Source of the DNA: Planctomycetota bacterium
GTDB lineage: Bacteria > Planctomycetota > Planctomycetia > Pirellulales > Pirellulaceae
DNA: 64,000 bases
NCBI GenBank assembly: GCA_037144155.1
Contig: JBAWXH010000008.1
Coordinates: 28,261-92,260 of the forward strand
Direction: 5' to 3'
Below, one piece after another: positions 29,152 through 39,299 of this stretch; the first letter of the stretch is position 1, and each line of letters starts with the position of its first letter. The notes beneath the pieces were generated by a model. It saw only the letters and a list, made by a program, of their open reading frames with translations, had not been told where the DNA came from and did no database searches. The translations under genes were made by a program, and so were the position numbers.

Positions 29152-31407
29152 CTAGGGAGCTTCTTGGATCTCGAGGACAACTGCGCTGTGAACTTCAATG
29201 GGAGGGAGTTCTAAGATCGTCATTCCCTCTTGATGCTGGATCGGCAAAGCAATCCCCTGGGGTTCGATGCGAGCGCGATCGACCGATCCACGATGGACGT
29301 TGATGCGAATGCCATGGATAGGGATGGATTCTTCTCGCAACGGAACTTCAGCATCTTGTTGACCATGGTCAGACGTTGTGTTGATGCCGTTCCAAAGATG
29401 GACAACGATGCGTCCATCCGATTTCTTCCAAAACGTGCTTTGAACACACATCGGGGCAACAACGGAAATTGGGTAGTCCGTTTTTGCTGCCCAGCGTGTT
29501 GCTCGCGCGAGCAAGACTCGTTGATATGGAAATCCGTAGCTAAACAAGGCTGCATCGAGTCCGGCAGCCAAATAGACCACTCGCCCTTCGCCATATTCGC
29601 CAGTAGCTGCTGCTGGAAAGGCGTCGCGACTCCCCTCAGGGAAGTAGAGCATGGCGGGCTTCATAGACGACGCAAATGGAGTGGGTCGAATCATTGGCCC
29701 TTTGAACGTGGCTTGGCCATTGGGTACCAAGGCTTGGAATCGAGGATCGGTAGCAAATAGGGAATCCGAAAAATCACCGAATCGCAACGCGCCGACATTT
29801 CCGCGCTGAGCCCAATATTGATCATTGACGACGATCGCAAAATTGGCATCGATCTCTGGCTTTGCGGTCGACTGCACGGACCTCCCACCATAACCCGCAC
29901 CAAACACGTCGCGCAATGCAAAATCACCTCTCGGTCGTCCCAGGTCATCGAACAGCGAAGTTTCGCAGGTCGCGACCAATCCACCACCCTCTCGCACGTA
30001 GTCCCGAATCGTTTGACATTGCTTGTCGGACAAGCATGCTACATTGGGTAGCAACAGCACACGGTACTGCGACAAGACTTCAGAACGGAGTTCCAATTCC
30101 GTGATCAAGGTAATGGGCAAATGTTCCTCCATCCCCATGCGATAAAATCCCAAGGCATGCGATAGCCAACGTTCCATGATATTGCCGTGTGCATAGAACT
30201 GTCGGGTTTGTTCACTAACCAGCAGGGCTGCCCAAGGTTCTTGTCGAAGATGCGTGAACGTCTCCTTTCGTCTGGCGATTTCACTGAGGGTTGTCTCCAT
30301 CGCGGCTTTTCCAGACATCTGAGCTAACGGTGTAAAGGATCCGTTTGTCATCGCCCCTAGACAACGCACCTCCAGTTCATGAGCAGGAAAACTATCCGTG
30401 GTATAAGGATTGCCATGGGACATGAGATACGGTTCGCTGGCCCCGACGACACCACCGCTAACCGCCCTCACGTAGGCCGCTCCAAAGTTGGGTACGACTG
30501 TTGATCCTTGATTGACTTCATCCAACCACCACTCCTGCACCGGACAATCGATAAGCCGATTCAACCGGGCCGACATTACGCGGGGGCTGGTAAGGAAGTG
30601 TCCATAGCGCCCAGCATTAGTCGTCCATGTATAAATCGCAGCATCAGGCTTTACCTCTTTCATCCGTTGTCCCAATTTGCGATACCATCCTTCGAGCTTC
30701 TCATCCGCCCACAAAAGATAGATCCGATAGTCTTCGTCATTAAGATCGATTTTGGTAGGAAATGGGCGTCCTAAATCCTTCTGATACAGTTCCCTTTCCA
30801 GCGGACTAAAATTGATAGGGTGGTGGTAACAGCCGTCAAATGAGAACCCGTCGACTTGAAAGTCGTTGAGAATTTCGATGAGCCCATCGATGGCATATTC
30901 CCCATAGGGACTGTTCAGAGGCAACGAACGCAAGCCGATGTTTTCCGGTCGTGTCAAGTCGCCGAGCGCCTGCGACGCATAGGACGGATCGTCGGTCGGA
31001 AGATGCACCCATTCGGGATGTTCCCGAACAATCTCGATCGGAGCGTAAGGAGATATTCCCAAGACAACCCGCATGCCTCGCTTCTTGGCAACTTCGATAC
31101 CGTGAAGCAATTTGCTCCGTTCAGGCTCGGCCACACCGGATGATGCTTGGTCGCGACGAAGTGGATAATACAGGGATGGGCCACCCGCGTGAATAATGGT
31201 CGCCCCGAGATCGGCGGCCCGTTCGATGGCATCGGTGTCATCCAGTGGTAAGAAGACCTTGACCGCCCCTTCGAGTACCCACTCGGGAGGAGTAACACCT
31301 TGGAATTCCGAGTCCGGTGTCAATCCTGGAAGGTCGCCACACACAGACGACAAAATGAACTCGAAGAGAACACACGGAACTGTGATCCACAGCATAAGAG
31401 ACGGCAT
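29152..31407 (-). CDS. Glycoside hydrolase-like protein (TIM barrel + beta-galactosidase trimerisation / GATase1-like domain)
   Basis: VDGFSFDG barrel, LLLPNVACLSD..YVREGGGLVAT GATase1-like domain. Start chosen at ATG 31407. Confidence 0.7.
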   Translation of the reverse strand: MPSLMLWITVPCVLFEFILSSVCGDLPGLTPDSEFQGVTPPEWVLEGAVKVFLPLDDTDAIERAADLGATIIHAGGPSLYYPLRRDQASSGVAEPERSKLLHGIEVAKKRGMRVVLGISPYAPIEIVREHPEWVHLPTDDPSYASQALGDLTRPENIGLRSLPLNSPYGEYAIDGLIEILNDFQVDGFSFDGCYHHPINFSPLERELYQKDLGRPFPTKIDLNDEDYRIYLLWADEKLEGWYRKLGQRMKEVKPDAAIYTWTTNAGRYGHFLTSPRVMSARLNRLIDCPVQEWWLDEVNQGSTVVPNFGAAYVRAVSGGVVGASEPYLMSHGNPYTTDSFPAHELEVRCLGAMTNGSFTPLAQMSGKAAMETTLSEIARRKETFTHLRQEPWAALLVSEQTRQFYAHGNIMERWLSHALGFYRMGMEEHLPITLITELELRSEVLSQYRVLLLPNVACLSDKQCQTIRDYVREGGGLVATCETSLFDDLGRPRGDFALRDVFGAGYGGRSVQSTAKPEIDANFAIVVNDQYWAQRGNVGALRFGDFSDSLFATDPRFQALVPNGQATFKGPMIRPTPFASSMKPAMLYFPEGSRDAFPAAATGEYGEGRVVYLAAGLDAALFSYGFPYQRVLLARATRWAAKTDYPISVVAPMCVQSTFWKKSDGRIVVHLWNGINTTSDHGQQDAEVPLREESIPIHGIRINVHRGSVDRARIEPQGIALPIQHQEGMTILELPPIEVHSAVVLEIQEAP

Positions 31408-31619
31408 TCTTGAGAAGGGCACGCAAAGAGAGTACCGCCTCAGTGTATCACGTCGGGCTGTTGCGAGCCTCCCGCGTCTCCGCGACGCGAGACCGTCCGA
31501 ACCATGCAAACCGGGTAGGAAGGATCACTTATGCATGAACGCCTAGATGAATAGGACGTCGAACCAATGCGTTCTGATCATCGATCAGGATGGGCTGACG
31601 TCCGTCCGTTCCCAGACCT

Positions 31620-33008
31620 TTAGGCGGCCTGCCTGGATGGCTTTTTATCCTGCTGACGTCGCTGGTAGCATTCCAACACGACTTCCAATAGCTGCCGCGC
31701 ACTTTGCTGCCAGTTCGCGGGCAAGAATCGCTCGGATGCATTCTGAGCACCAGTCCAATTGCGCTCGGTTGGAACTTGGTGTCGCTCTTGCTCCCATCGA
31801 CAGATAAGCGATTTCAGGGCTACGACATCGTGCAGTGCAAAATATTCACATGCAGTTCCACCCACTTCGCGGTGAATAGGAGTATCGCTCGCAAATGTTT
31901 TCTTGCCGTGCCAAAGAGATTCGACGATGGGCAATCCAAATCCTTCGACGATCGATGGGAGCAGGACTCCGGAACAACCACGATAAGCATATTGCAATTC
32001 CGCGTCGGTCATGTCGTGGATCGCGAACAGACTGCGTTGGTAGAGAGGATGGTTTTGAATTCGGGCAATCAACTCCGAACAGGCGTTTCCAGCTCGACCC
32101 GCAAAACACAGTTTTAAGCTCGGATCGTCGCGCCAGAGCAATTCGAATGCATCCAACGCTTGCGCATGATTTTTTCGCGGGTCGAAACTGGCGACCATGA
32201 GATAGGGCGTCCTACTATCGTCCGGTGAGAATAATCGTTTGAGATTTTCGCGAACCGCACCTTCACATGACCGTAACTCCGCACCCAGAGTGAACGCATG
32301 AACCTGCACGCGGGAAGCATCTACGGCCGGACGATGGTCGATATACTCGCGAACTTCATCCCGTACCGTCTTCGATATTGCGACAATGGCATCGGAATGA
32401 CCAATGAGTTCATCGAGGTAGCCACGAAACTTGGTACTCCGTTTGGTACCGACATATTCTGGGTGCGTAAGGGGGATCAAATCGTAGACGATGGAAGCGA
32501 CAAAGGCTCCGGCATCGCGATAACGCTTTACCGCTTCCCAAATATCTCTTTTGGTCCAATAGGCGTCGGGGAGGATCAAGACGTCGCGCTCGGAGGGGAC
32601 TAGGGCGCCGCCTCGCAACCAACGCGAGGCTTGCGTTGCCATTTTGTAGGCATGGTGCGCCGATTTGTAGATTCCTAAATGGCTAGGTGCAGGCTCCATC
32701 CATTTTTTCGTGTTGCGTGTGCCCAGAGTACGAGCAAAAAACTGAGGGCCCGCTTGAATCCAGGGAGGCACAAAATTGACCGCATTCGCTTCCCAACGGG
32801 ATAGCGTTCCCATCGCGCGCCGTTGACGCTCGTCCACGGGAAAAAAATCATCGCCGATATGGGTCGCAATCGTCGTTTGATGGATTCCCTGCTCGCGCGC
32901 TACCGAAGCGAATTGCTGAGATAGATTGCGCACCACACGTTCGATTCCGGTGGTCTTTCCGGAACACGCTGTGTGCGAGGCATCGAGCGTAATGCGAAGA
33001 GGCAGCAT
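31620..33008 (-). CDS. Glycosyltransferase family 4 (GT-B)
   Basis: TGIERVVR, YDLIP, FDPRKN, PSIVEGFGLP..ES, SDTPIHREVGG. AAGGA RBS before ATG 33008. Confidence 0.9.
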   Translation of the reverse strand: MLPLRITLDASHTACSGKTTGIERVVRNLSQQFASVAREQGIHQTTIATHIGDDFFPVDERQRRAMGTLSRWEANAVNFVPPWIQAGPQFFARTLGTRNTKKWMEPAPSHLGIYKSAHHAYKMATQASRWLRGGALVPSERDVLILPDAYWTKRDIWEAVKRYRDAGAFVASIVYDLIPLTHPEYVGTKRSTKFRGYLDELIGHSDAIVAISKTVRDEVREYIDHRPAVDASRVQVHAFTLGAELRSCEGAVRENLKRLFSPDDSRTPYLMVASFDPRKNHAQALDAFELLWRDDPSLKLCFAGRAGNACSELIARIQNHPLYQRSLFAIHDMTDAELQYAYRGCSGVLLPSIVEGFGLPIVESLWHGKKTFASDTPIHREVGGTACEYFALHDVVALKSLICRWEQERHQVPTERNWTGAQNASERFLPANWQQSARQLLEVVLECYQRRQQDKKPSRQAA

Positions 33009-33184
33009 GTCCTTGGATCGATCGTAAAGCTGATAGTCGTTGAACGTTTCGGGGGGGAGCAGCGTGGTTTGTTGTACCTGGAACCAAATCGCTACGGCAA
33101 CCCCAGCCACATTCGTTGCCATCCAAGATCCCTCACCCCACTGGTCATCATCCCAGTGAAAAAAGCTAGCAAATGATCCGTCTT

Positions 33185-33394
33185 TCAGGGGGGATCGACG
33201 CCGCCGGGATGAAAGGGATGGCAACGGCAGATGCGCAGCGTTCCTTTGAGAAGCCCCCTCCATGGCCCGTACTTTTGAATCGCTTCAATCATGTATTGCG
33301 AGCATGTCGGGGTGAAACGGCATTGGCTACCCAGCAGGGGGCTGATCGCCCTCTGATAGAAACGAACCATTTCGATCATTCCACGAGAGATCAT
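33185..33394 (-). CDS. yidD: Membrane protein insertion efficiency factor
   Basis: [39 protein letters not shown]. Confidence 0.95.
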   Translation of the reverse strand: MISRGMIEMVRFYQRAISPLLGSQCRFTPTCSQYMIEAIQKYGPWRGLLKGTLRICRCHPFHPGGVDPP

Positions 33395-33465
33395 GCGATT
33401 GGTTTTCTAACTGCCATGCGATCGTCGCTTGGGCCGATACCCACAACTGTCCCCGCCAGGATCGA

Positions 33466-34392
33466 TCAGGCGACCAATCCTTTGGTAACCATCATAAAGA
33501 CATCTTCGAGCGTGGGGTCCTTGTCACTGAACGATCGCATTCTGACTCCGCCGTCGACGAGGCGTTGGAGCAGGTCGGCGAGTCCCGCGTCATCGGGTTC
33601 CAATTCGGCGGTGGCCCGATTTCCATCGATATCGAGCCCGCGCAGGGCCGGGTCGCTTCTCAGGATTGAAATTCCTGCATCTTGGTTGGATAGGAATCGG
33701 ACTTCGACAATGCGGTTGCGACGAATCTGCCGATAGACAGAATCAATCGGTCCATGCATCAAGAGTTGGCCTCGTTCAATGATTCCGATCGAGGTGCAAC
33801 AATCGGCCAGTTCCGAGAGGATGTGACTGCTGATCAAAATCGTTTTGCCCATCTTGCGCAATTCTTTGAGCAACGCTTTGACTTCGATTCGGGCGCGGGG
33901 ATCCAGGCCACTCGTCGGTTCATCCAGAATTAATACGGGGGGATCATGAACAAGGGTCTTTGCCAAACACAAGCGTTGTTTCATACCTCGCGACAGGCCG
34001 TTGACATAATCATCCCGCTTGTGGGTAAGATCGAGGAGTTCAAGGACATCCCCGATGACCTGCTTGCGCTGGGTACGACCGATCTTGTACGCGACTGCAA
34101 AAAAATCCAGAAACTCCCAGACCTTCATACCGTCGTACACACCAAAGTCATCCGGCATATAACCTATGCTTCGACGCACATCCATCGGGTTCTTGTTGAC
34201 ACTGAAACCATTGACGGTCCCATCGCCGCGCGATGCTTTCAGAAGCGTTGCTAGGAAGCGAATGGAGGTGCTTTTGCCGGCGCCGTTGGGCCCAATGAAC
34301 CCGAACAGTTCACCGGCTTCGATCGTCATCGTCAAATTTCCTACAGCGGTGAACTCGCCATAGTCTTTTCCAAAGTCGGTCAGTTCAATCAT
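33466..34392 (-). CDS. ABC transporter ATP-binding protein (ABC-2/DrrA-like)
   Basis: GPNGAGKST, LSRGMKQR, LILDEP, SSH. Confidence 0.95.
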   Translation of the reverse strand: MIELTDFGKDYGEFTAVGNLTMTIEAGELFGFIGPNGAGKSTSIRFLATLLKASRGDGTVNGFSVNKNPMDVRRSIGYMPDDFGVYDGMKVWEFLDFFAVAYKIGRTQRKQVIGDVLELLDLTHKRDDYVNGLSRGMKQRLCLAKTLVHDPPVLILDEPTSGLDPRARIEVKALLKELRKMGKTILISSHILSELADCCTSIGIIERGQLLMHGPIDSVYRQIRRNRIVEVRFLSNQDAGISILRSDPALRGLDIDGNRATAELEPDDAGLADLLQRLVDGGVRMRSFSDKDPTLEDVFMMVTKGLVA

Positions 34393-34557
34393 AGAGCGCC
34401 GGCCAATACATTTTTCCAGGTGAAGAGAAAGAGTCGATCTGTAGTGTACTGAATCGTGCTCGGGACTCGAAGCATTGCTCCATTAGTTCCTTTCAAATTC
34501 TGAGGCCATCGACTCCGCTAGTCACAAAGCATCCTCCGCTGGCTTAAATCGGGCAAA

Positions 34558-35493
34558 CTACCCGATCTTGAATGAAGCCTGCGATTCTTTTCCCAGGATC
34601 TCCTCAAGCGTTTCCGGCAACTCGGGATGATCAAATTGGAATCCCAAATCTATCAACCGCTGAGGCAAACACTTGCGTCCCGCAAGAATCAAGGAAGGAT
34701 CGGTTCGCAGGACCACAGAGGCCAAGCGGACCAGAACTCTGGGTGCCGGGACATAAACGCGACGGCCGAGCAAGGTTCGCAATTGTTTCATGAATTCGGA
34801 ATTGGTAACCGGTGAAGGGGCGGATACGTTGTAGACCCCTTGCGCCAAATGATTCTCGACGCACCATTGCACAATCCGACAAAAATCCACGTGATGAATC
34901 CAACTCATGTATTGCTGACCGTTCCCGGCCGGGCTGCCCAATCCCATCTCTGTCAATCGTGCCAACCGTTGCAATGCACCCCCATTGGCTGCCAAGACCA
35001 ATCCGATGCGAAGTGTCACTTTGCGCACTTGCTCAAGACGTTGCAATTGAAATTCCTTTTCCCAACGCTTGCACACGTCGACTGCAAAACCCTCTCCCGC
35101 ATGGGTCGACTCAGTACAGTCATTCTCGTTCTTGTCGCCGTAGATTGCAGCTGAGGAGGCCTGGATCCAAGCCAAGGGTGGGTTTTCGCATTTGCGAATG
35201 GCTTCCGCCAAGGTGACAATCGATTGCACTCGAGATCGGAGAATCTCCATGCGATTCTTTTTCGTAGGGCGGCAATCGACCGGACGTCCAGAAAAATTGA
35301 TGAGCGCCGCGGCCCCATCGAGATTCTTGTACCAAGGTCCCATGTGTGGCGGATCCCATTGGACGAATCCGGGAGCATTGGCTTTTGAGCGGGTCAGACA
35401 CAAGACTTCAAAGTGGTTTTTTCGCAAGTAATTGGTCAAGCAGCTTCCAAGAAATCCACTTCCACCCGCGAGGATAATGCGTCGATTGATCAT
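34558..35493 (-). CDS. TIGR01777-like NAD-dependent epimerase
   Basis: AGGSGFLG, INFSG..VDCR, SSAAIYG, LRIGLVL, GNGQQYMSWIH. Confidence 0.9.
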   Translation of the reverse strand: MINRRIILAGGSGFLGSCLTNYLRKNHFEVLCLTRSKANAPGFVQWDPPHMGPWYKNLDGAAALINFSGRPVDCRPTKKNRMEILRSRVQSIVTLAEAIRKCENPPLAWIQASSAAIYGDKNENDCTESTHAGEGFAVDVCKRWEKEFQLQRLEQVRKVTLRIGLVLAANGGALQRLARLTEMGLGSPAGNGQQYMSWIHHVDFCRIVQWCVENHLAQGVYNVSAPSPVTNSEFMKQLRTLLGRRVYVPAPRVLVRLASVVLRTDPSLILAGRKCLPQRLIDLGFQFDHPELPETLEEILGKESQASFKIG

Positions 35494-35730
35494 TGCGTTA
35501 TTCAGGACGTTCACTCGAAGGGATGCAGAAACACCTAATTGCCCTCACCGGATTGGCGATTGACAAACGTCCATCCGGAAGGGCCAGAACGAACGGTCGA
35601 ATCCCCTACATCTCAAGGTTCAACTCAAGGTACTGTTCGCCTCCTCGGCGACAAATCATGGCCACGGTTTTCATGGTCATGGTTTTCCTTGCCATTGAGA
35701 TCCCAGTTTGCTCGACACAGCCCACAAAAG

Positions 35731-35792
35731 TGAACCTGAGGCGCTAGCCGAGTTCTTTCGAAGCGCAAAAATCGGCTAGCGCCTCAGGCTCA
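35731..35792. repeat. Inverted doublet of REP-like family A units (21-bp stem, 20-nt spacer)
   Basis: tgaacctgaggcgctagccga ... tcggctagcgcctcaggctca, one mismatch. Confidence 0.85.
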
Positions 35793-36198
35793 TGGAAACG
35801 AAAAACGACTTTTGTCGCCAATGTCTTGCTCCGGTCGATGTCGAGGTTCCGAACCGTAGCAAGCAAAAGTTGTCGGAGCGGAGTGAATTCCCCCGCTATG
35901 CTCGTTTTGCTTGCATAACCCAACATTTCTTGCCTCGACCGCGGGAATGGGGGAGCGTGCGCAACCGTGCAAAACATCGCAGACTGTAGCACGATTTCAA
36001 ATCGGAAAACTAGGGATAGCGCCCTGCCCGTAGCAAATTAACGAAAAAAAACTTTCTGAAATCGGTTGTGCGGACTGGCCCTACCGACGCAACAAATCCT
36101 ATAGTGGGGTGTTGAAAAAGTATTAGTTGGTACGTTCAGCCTTCCGTCGGTTCGCAATCATCGTGTTTGTCTGTTGTTTGCTTGGGAGGAATGGCTTC

Positions 36199-36420
36199 AT
36201 GTCCGCTGACTGGTACTTTATGAAAAAGGGCTTTTTTGGCGGTGCGAAAACGATCGGACCGATCGCTGAATCCGATTTCTTGAAAAAGATCGAAAAAGGC
36301 GAAATCGCTCCAGAAACGATGGTTTCGAGCACTACCAAAACCCACGGGCACTGGATGCATCTCAAGGAAATACGAGCGGCATTCCAGTACTGGAAAAAAT
36401 CGCATCCCACGGCGAAGTGA
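36199..36420 (+). CDS. Small GYF_2/DUF4339-like domain protein
   Basis: GGAGG RBS; WY..GP....L...G.I.PET.V..W pattern. Confidence 0.75.
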   Translation: MSADWYFMKKGFFGGAKTIGPIAESDFLKKIEKGEIAPETMVSSTTKTHGHWMHLKEIRAAFQYWKKSHPTAK

Positions 36421-36442
36421 TCGGTGTGGAAAGCGAGAATCT

Positions 36443-36474
36443 AAAGAGCGTGGCGTCTGCCGCGCTTTTTTTTT
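36443..36474 (+). terminator. Rho-independent terminator
   Basis: agcgtggc-gtct-gccgcgct stem followed by a T-run, 23 bp after the stop. Confidence 0.8.
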
Positions 36475-36761
36475 GCCTGTCGATAGATAGCGATCTCGCC
36501 CTGTCGATAGACAGCGATCTCGTAGCGTGCGATCTCATTCTTCCATTCCCCCCTTCGGTTTGGCAAGTCACGCAGTCCTAACAAACAGAGTAAGGGAAGT
36601 CGACTTTGCGGTCCCATGCAACTCCTCTGGGAGCAAAATCCCCGGTCAAAATGGAGCGATTGGTCGGATTGTGCCGATGAAGCGATTGGTAGGTCCCGTC
36701 TGCGATTCACGCTGCACAGGGTTCGTTGACCATTTCTAAACCTGGGAACGGAGTCGTCACA

Positions 36762-37595
36762 ATGTCCTTCCTCCGAGTCAAAGCAGCGACGCGTTATCCT
36801 CTTGCGATAGCCATGTTGAGCCTCAGCATGGGCAGTGTGGTATTCGAAGGAAATGCCAGCGCCGATGGTGGTCCATCCGCACCCAAACTCAAAAGGCTCA
36901 AGCCCTATCGGCAACCCGACTTGGTCGGTTTGGTATCCCATCAGGATCCCGTCAAAGGACCTGCCAACCTTCCACCCTCGGAAGGGCTTAACTTGCCTCC
37001 CGTCCTGCCAGATCAGGATGTCAAAAGTGAAACCGCAGAACTAGGAATCACACCGGTGGGAGTACAAGATGCTCCCGCGATTCCCACCAGCGATGATGCG
37101 CCCAAGAACTCAAGCGGGCGAAGTACAGAACCACTCCGACTCAAGCCCCTTCCGATACCGGATATTTCCCTCGATGGGATCGGCACCGGAACGACGCCAG
37201 AAGATGCTACTGCAGGTCGGTTGCCACCTGCGATCGCACTCCCCTATGGCCCTGATCGTGGGCGGGAATGGTATATGAGCAACTACAACTGGGTCGCTCC
37301 TGTGTATTGCCACAATCCGAATTACTATGAAGACGTGATGCTCGAACATCATGGCCAGGAGCGATGCCCGCCGCTCCAACCGGTCCTTTCCGGTGCGAGA
37401 TTTTACTCGGGGTTGTTCTTTACGCCCTATCTCGCCTACTTGCATCCTCCCTGTCAGGAGTTCAGCAATGCCGGCCATTATCGAGTCGGTTCACCAGCCC
37501 CATGCCTTCGGCAGCGCGCACCCTATAGCCCAGGAGCAATCCGTCTTCAGTTGCTGATGACCAGTACCGGAGTCTTGGCTCTGACTCCTCCATAA
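36762..37595 (+). CDS. Conserved planctomycete secreted hypothetical protein
   Basis: GGAG RBS, signal peptide, C-terminal HNPNYYEDVMLEHHGQ and GHYRVGSPAP conserved-looking block. Confidence 0.7.
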   Translation: MSFLRVKAATRYPLAIAMLSLSMGSVVFEGNASADGGPSAPKLKRLKPYRQPDLVGLVSHQDPVKGPANLPPSEGLNLPPVLPDQDVKSETAELGITPVGVQDAPAIPTSDDAPKNSSGRSTEPLRLKPLPIPDISLDGIGTGTTPEDATAGRLPPAIALPYGPDRGREWYMSNYNWVAPVYCHNPNYYEDVMLEHHGQERCPPLQPVLSGARFYSGLFFTPYLAYLHPPCQEFSNAGHYRVGSPAPCLRQRAPYSPGAIRLQLLMTSTGVLALTPP

Positions 37596-37698
37596 CAGCT
37601 GTTGCAACCGTTTCGAGCTAGTGCCGAGTTCCGCCCATGCCGTGTCTCATCGCACCTGCAGATGGGATTAACAGGTCTGCCACAATCTCATTTGCAAT

Positions 37699-37758
37699 CG
37701 TGGGATACGCTTCTAGCTTGTCAACGATTGACTTCAAAGCCTGGAAGCCTACGCCACG
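37699..37758. repeat. Degenerate inverted doublet of a second REP-like family (GTAGGCTTCCAG type)
   Basis: cgtgggatacgcttctagcttg versus the reverse complement of aaagcctggaagcctacgccacg; imperfect inverted repeat. Confidence 0.5.
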
Positions 37759-37792
37759 AGTCGGCCCCAAAAGAGTCGTACCATCGTCTTCT

Positions 37793-37829
37793 AAGGATGA
37801 CGGTCGCTTGCGATGCAACCGTCATCCTT
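37793..37829. terminator. Perfect 12-bp hairpin between convergent genes
   Basis: aaggatgacggt-(13 nt)-accgtcatcctt; no long T-tract. Confidence 0.55.
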
Positions 37830-37861
37830 GAGCTTTCGACTCCGGCCCAAACATCGCAGAA

Positions 37862-38485
37862 TCAAACTGCGATCATGTCGCTGCAGGCTTCTGCCAATCG
37901 CTTCCGGGCCGTATGCAATCGTCGCTTGATTGTTCCGACCGGTGCGGAGAAGTTTTCACTCATCTCCACCAAACTTTGCCGTTCGAAATAGAAAGCTACC
38001 AGCGTCTCCCGATCGAGATCCTTGAGACCGGCAAGTCCTCTGCGGACCTGTTCTCGAGTCTCAAGAGCAATCACGTTTTCGGAAGGGTCTTGGTCACAAC
38101 CCATGGTCGCTTCCAAGATCGCCGCATCGACGCTTGCTATCCGCCGGCGTCGAGTCGCTCGATTGATCGCCATACGCACGACGATTTGTCGAAGCCATCC
38201 AGGGAATGCTTCTGGAGTCTCCAATTGATCGAGTTTCCGAAAGGCTTGAATGAAAACATCTTGCTTCAACTCGAGGGCTTCATCCCAGTTTTCTAGGCGT
38301 CGATAGGCGATCGCGAAGACTTGGCGATCGAAACGAACGCAGATCTCATCCATCGCCAGACGATCACCATTCTTGGAGCGAACAATGAGTTCCTCCAAAG
38401 GACATTCACGTAAGTTTTGAGACAGTGTTGCAGACATTCCTAATGCTCCATCGGAATGTCGCACAATCGAGCTCGGCATGGTCAT
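37862..38485 (-). CDS. ECF sigma-70 factor
   Basis: Region 2 DVFIQAFRKL..AFPGWLRQI; region 4 SLVEMS..PVGTIKRRLHTARKRL. Confidence 0.93.
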   Translation of the reverse strand: MTMPSSIVRHSDGALGMSATLSQNLRECPLEELIVRSKNGDRLAMDEICVRFDRQVFAIAYRRLENWDEALELKQDVFIQAFRKLDQLETPEAFPGWLRQIVVRMAINRATRRRRIASVDAAILEATMGCDQDPSENVIALETREQVRRGLAGLKDLDRETLVAFYFERQSLVEMSENFSAPVGTIKRRLHTARKRLAEACSDMIAV

Positions 38486-39299
38486 CGCACGTAGATGCGT
38501 GCTGAGTGCCGAACGAATGGCGAAATTCCGGAGTTGCTCGGCTGGTTCGCCTCCACGGCACCCAAAAAAGGGGTACCTGAAACGAAATCAGCGATCGAGA
38601 AAATGGGACGGGTACGGTAGATCAGTGGCAACTGCGAGCGACCACGACCTTCAGTTCAAGGCAGGCTTTAGCCTGACCGGCGCAGCGATTGAGTTCGCCG
38701 AATGGTGGCATAAGCCGGAATCGGCATCTGAATCCAATCAGAGCCTTTCCCTGCACTTAGCCAATCGCGTGAACTTGGGAAACGCTTGGGGGATGTACCC
38801 TCCGTCGATTTACCCAACGTACTTAGGTGCGCATGAAGAAGATGAAGGAGGCAGGCAGCGACGTTGAACACCACGACTGCGCGGTTTTGCATGGAGGCAA
38901 AAACGTTGGCAAATCGAACGGATGAATTCAACATACGCATGACATCCTCCCTGCACCGTAAAAGCGCAGCATGAGATGGAATGAAACCCTAAAACACAAT
39001 GATGGCCGCGGAGGCCGATCTCCTTGGGATCGTATCCGATCGATCGATCCAAGGCAACAAAATACCGAATCATTATCGCCAGTCGGACGATTTCGGATTG
39101 AGCAATAGGAGACGTTGGTTCGCACTTGGTTCGCGAATCGAAGAAACTTTTTAGGAAATGTTTCTACAGGGGGTGGCGGCTACGAGTCTATTGCGTCGGT
39201 CGGCAGGGACTGACATTCCGTTTGGTTCCCTTGATTAGCAAGGAATTTTCTTGAGGGAAGCCATCCGAGTTGGCTCGTTGGCCGGCGCACCGTGCTTCG

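Noticed and set aside
35560-35620. tRNA-like T-loop (GGTCGAATCCCC)
   Set aside because: No acceptor, D or anticodon stems could be built
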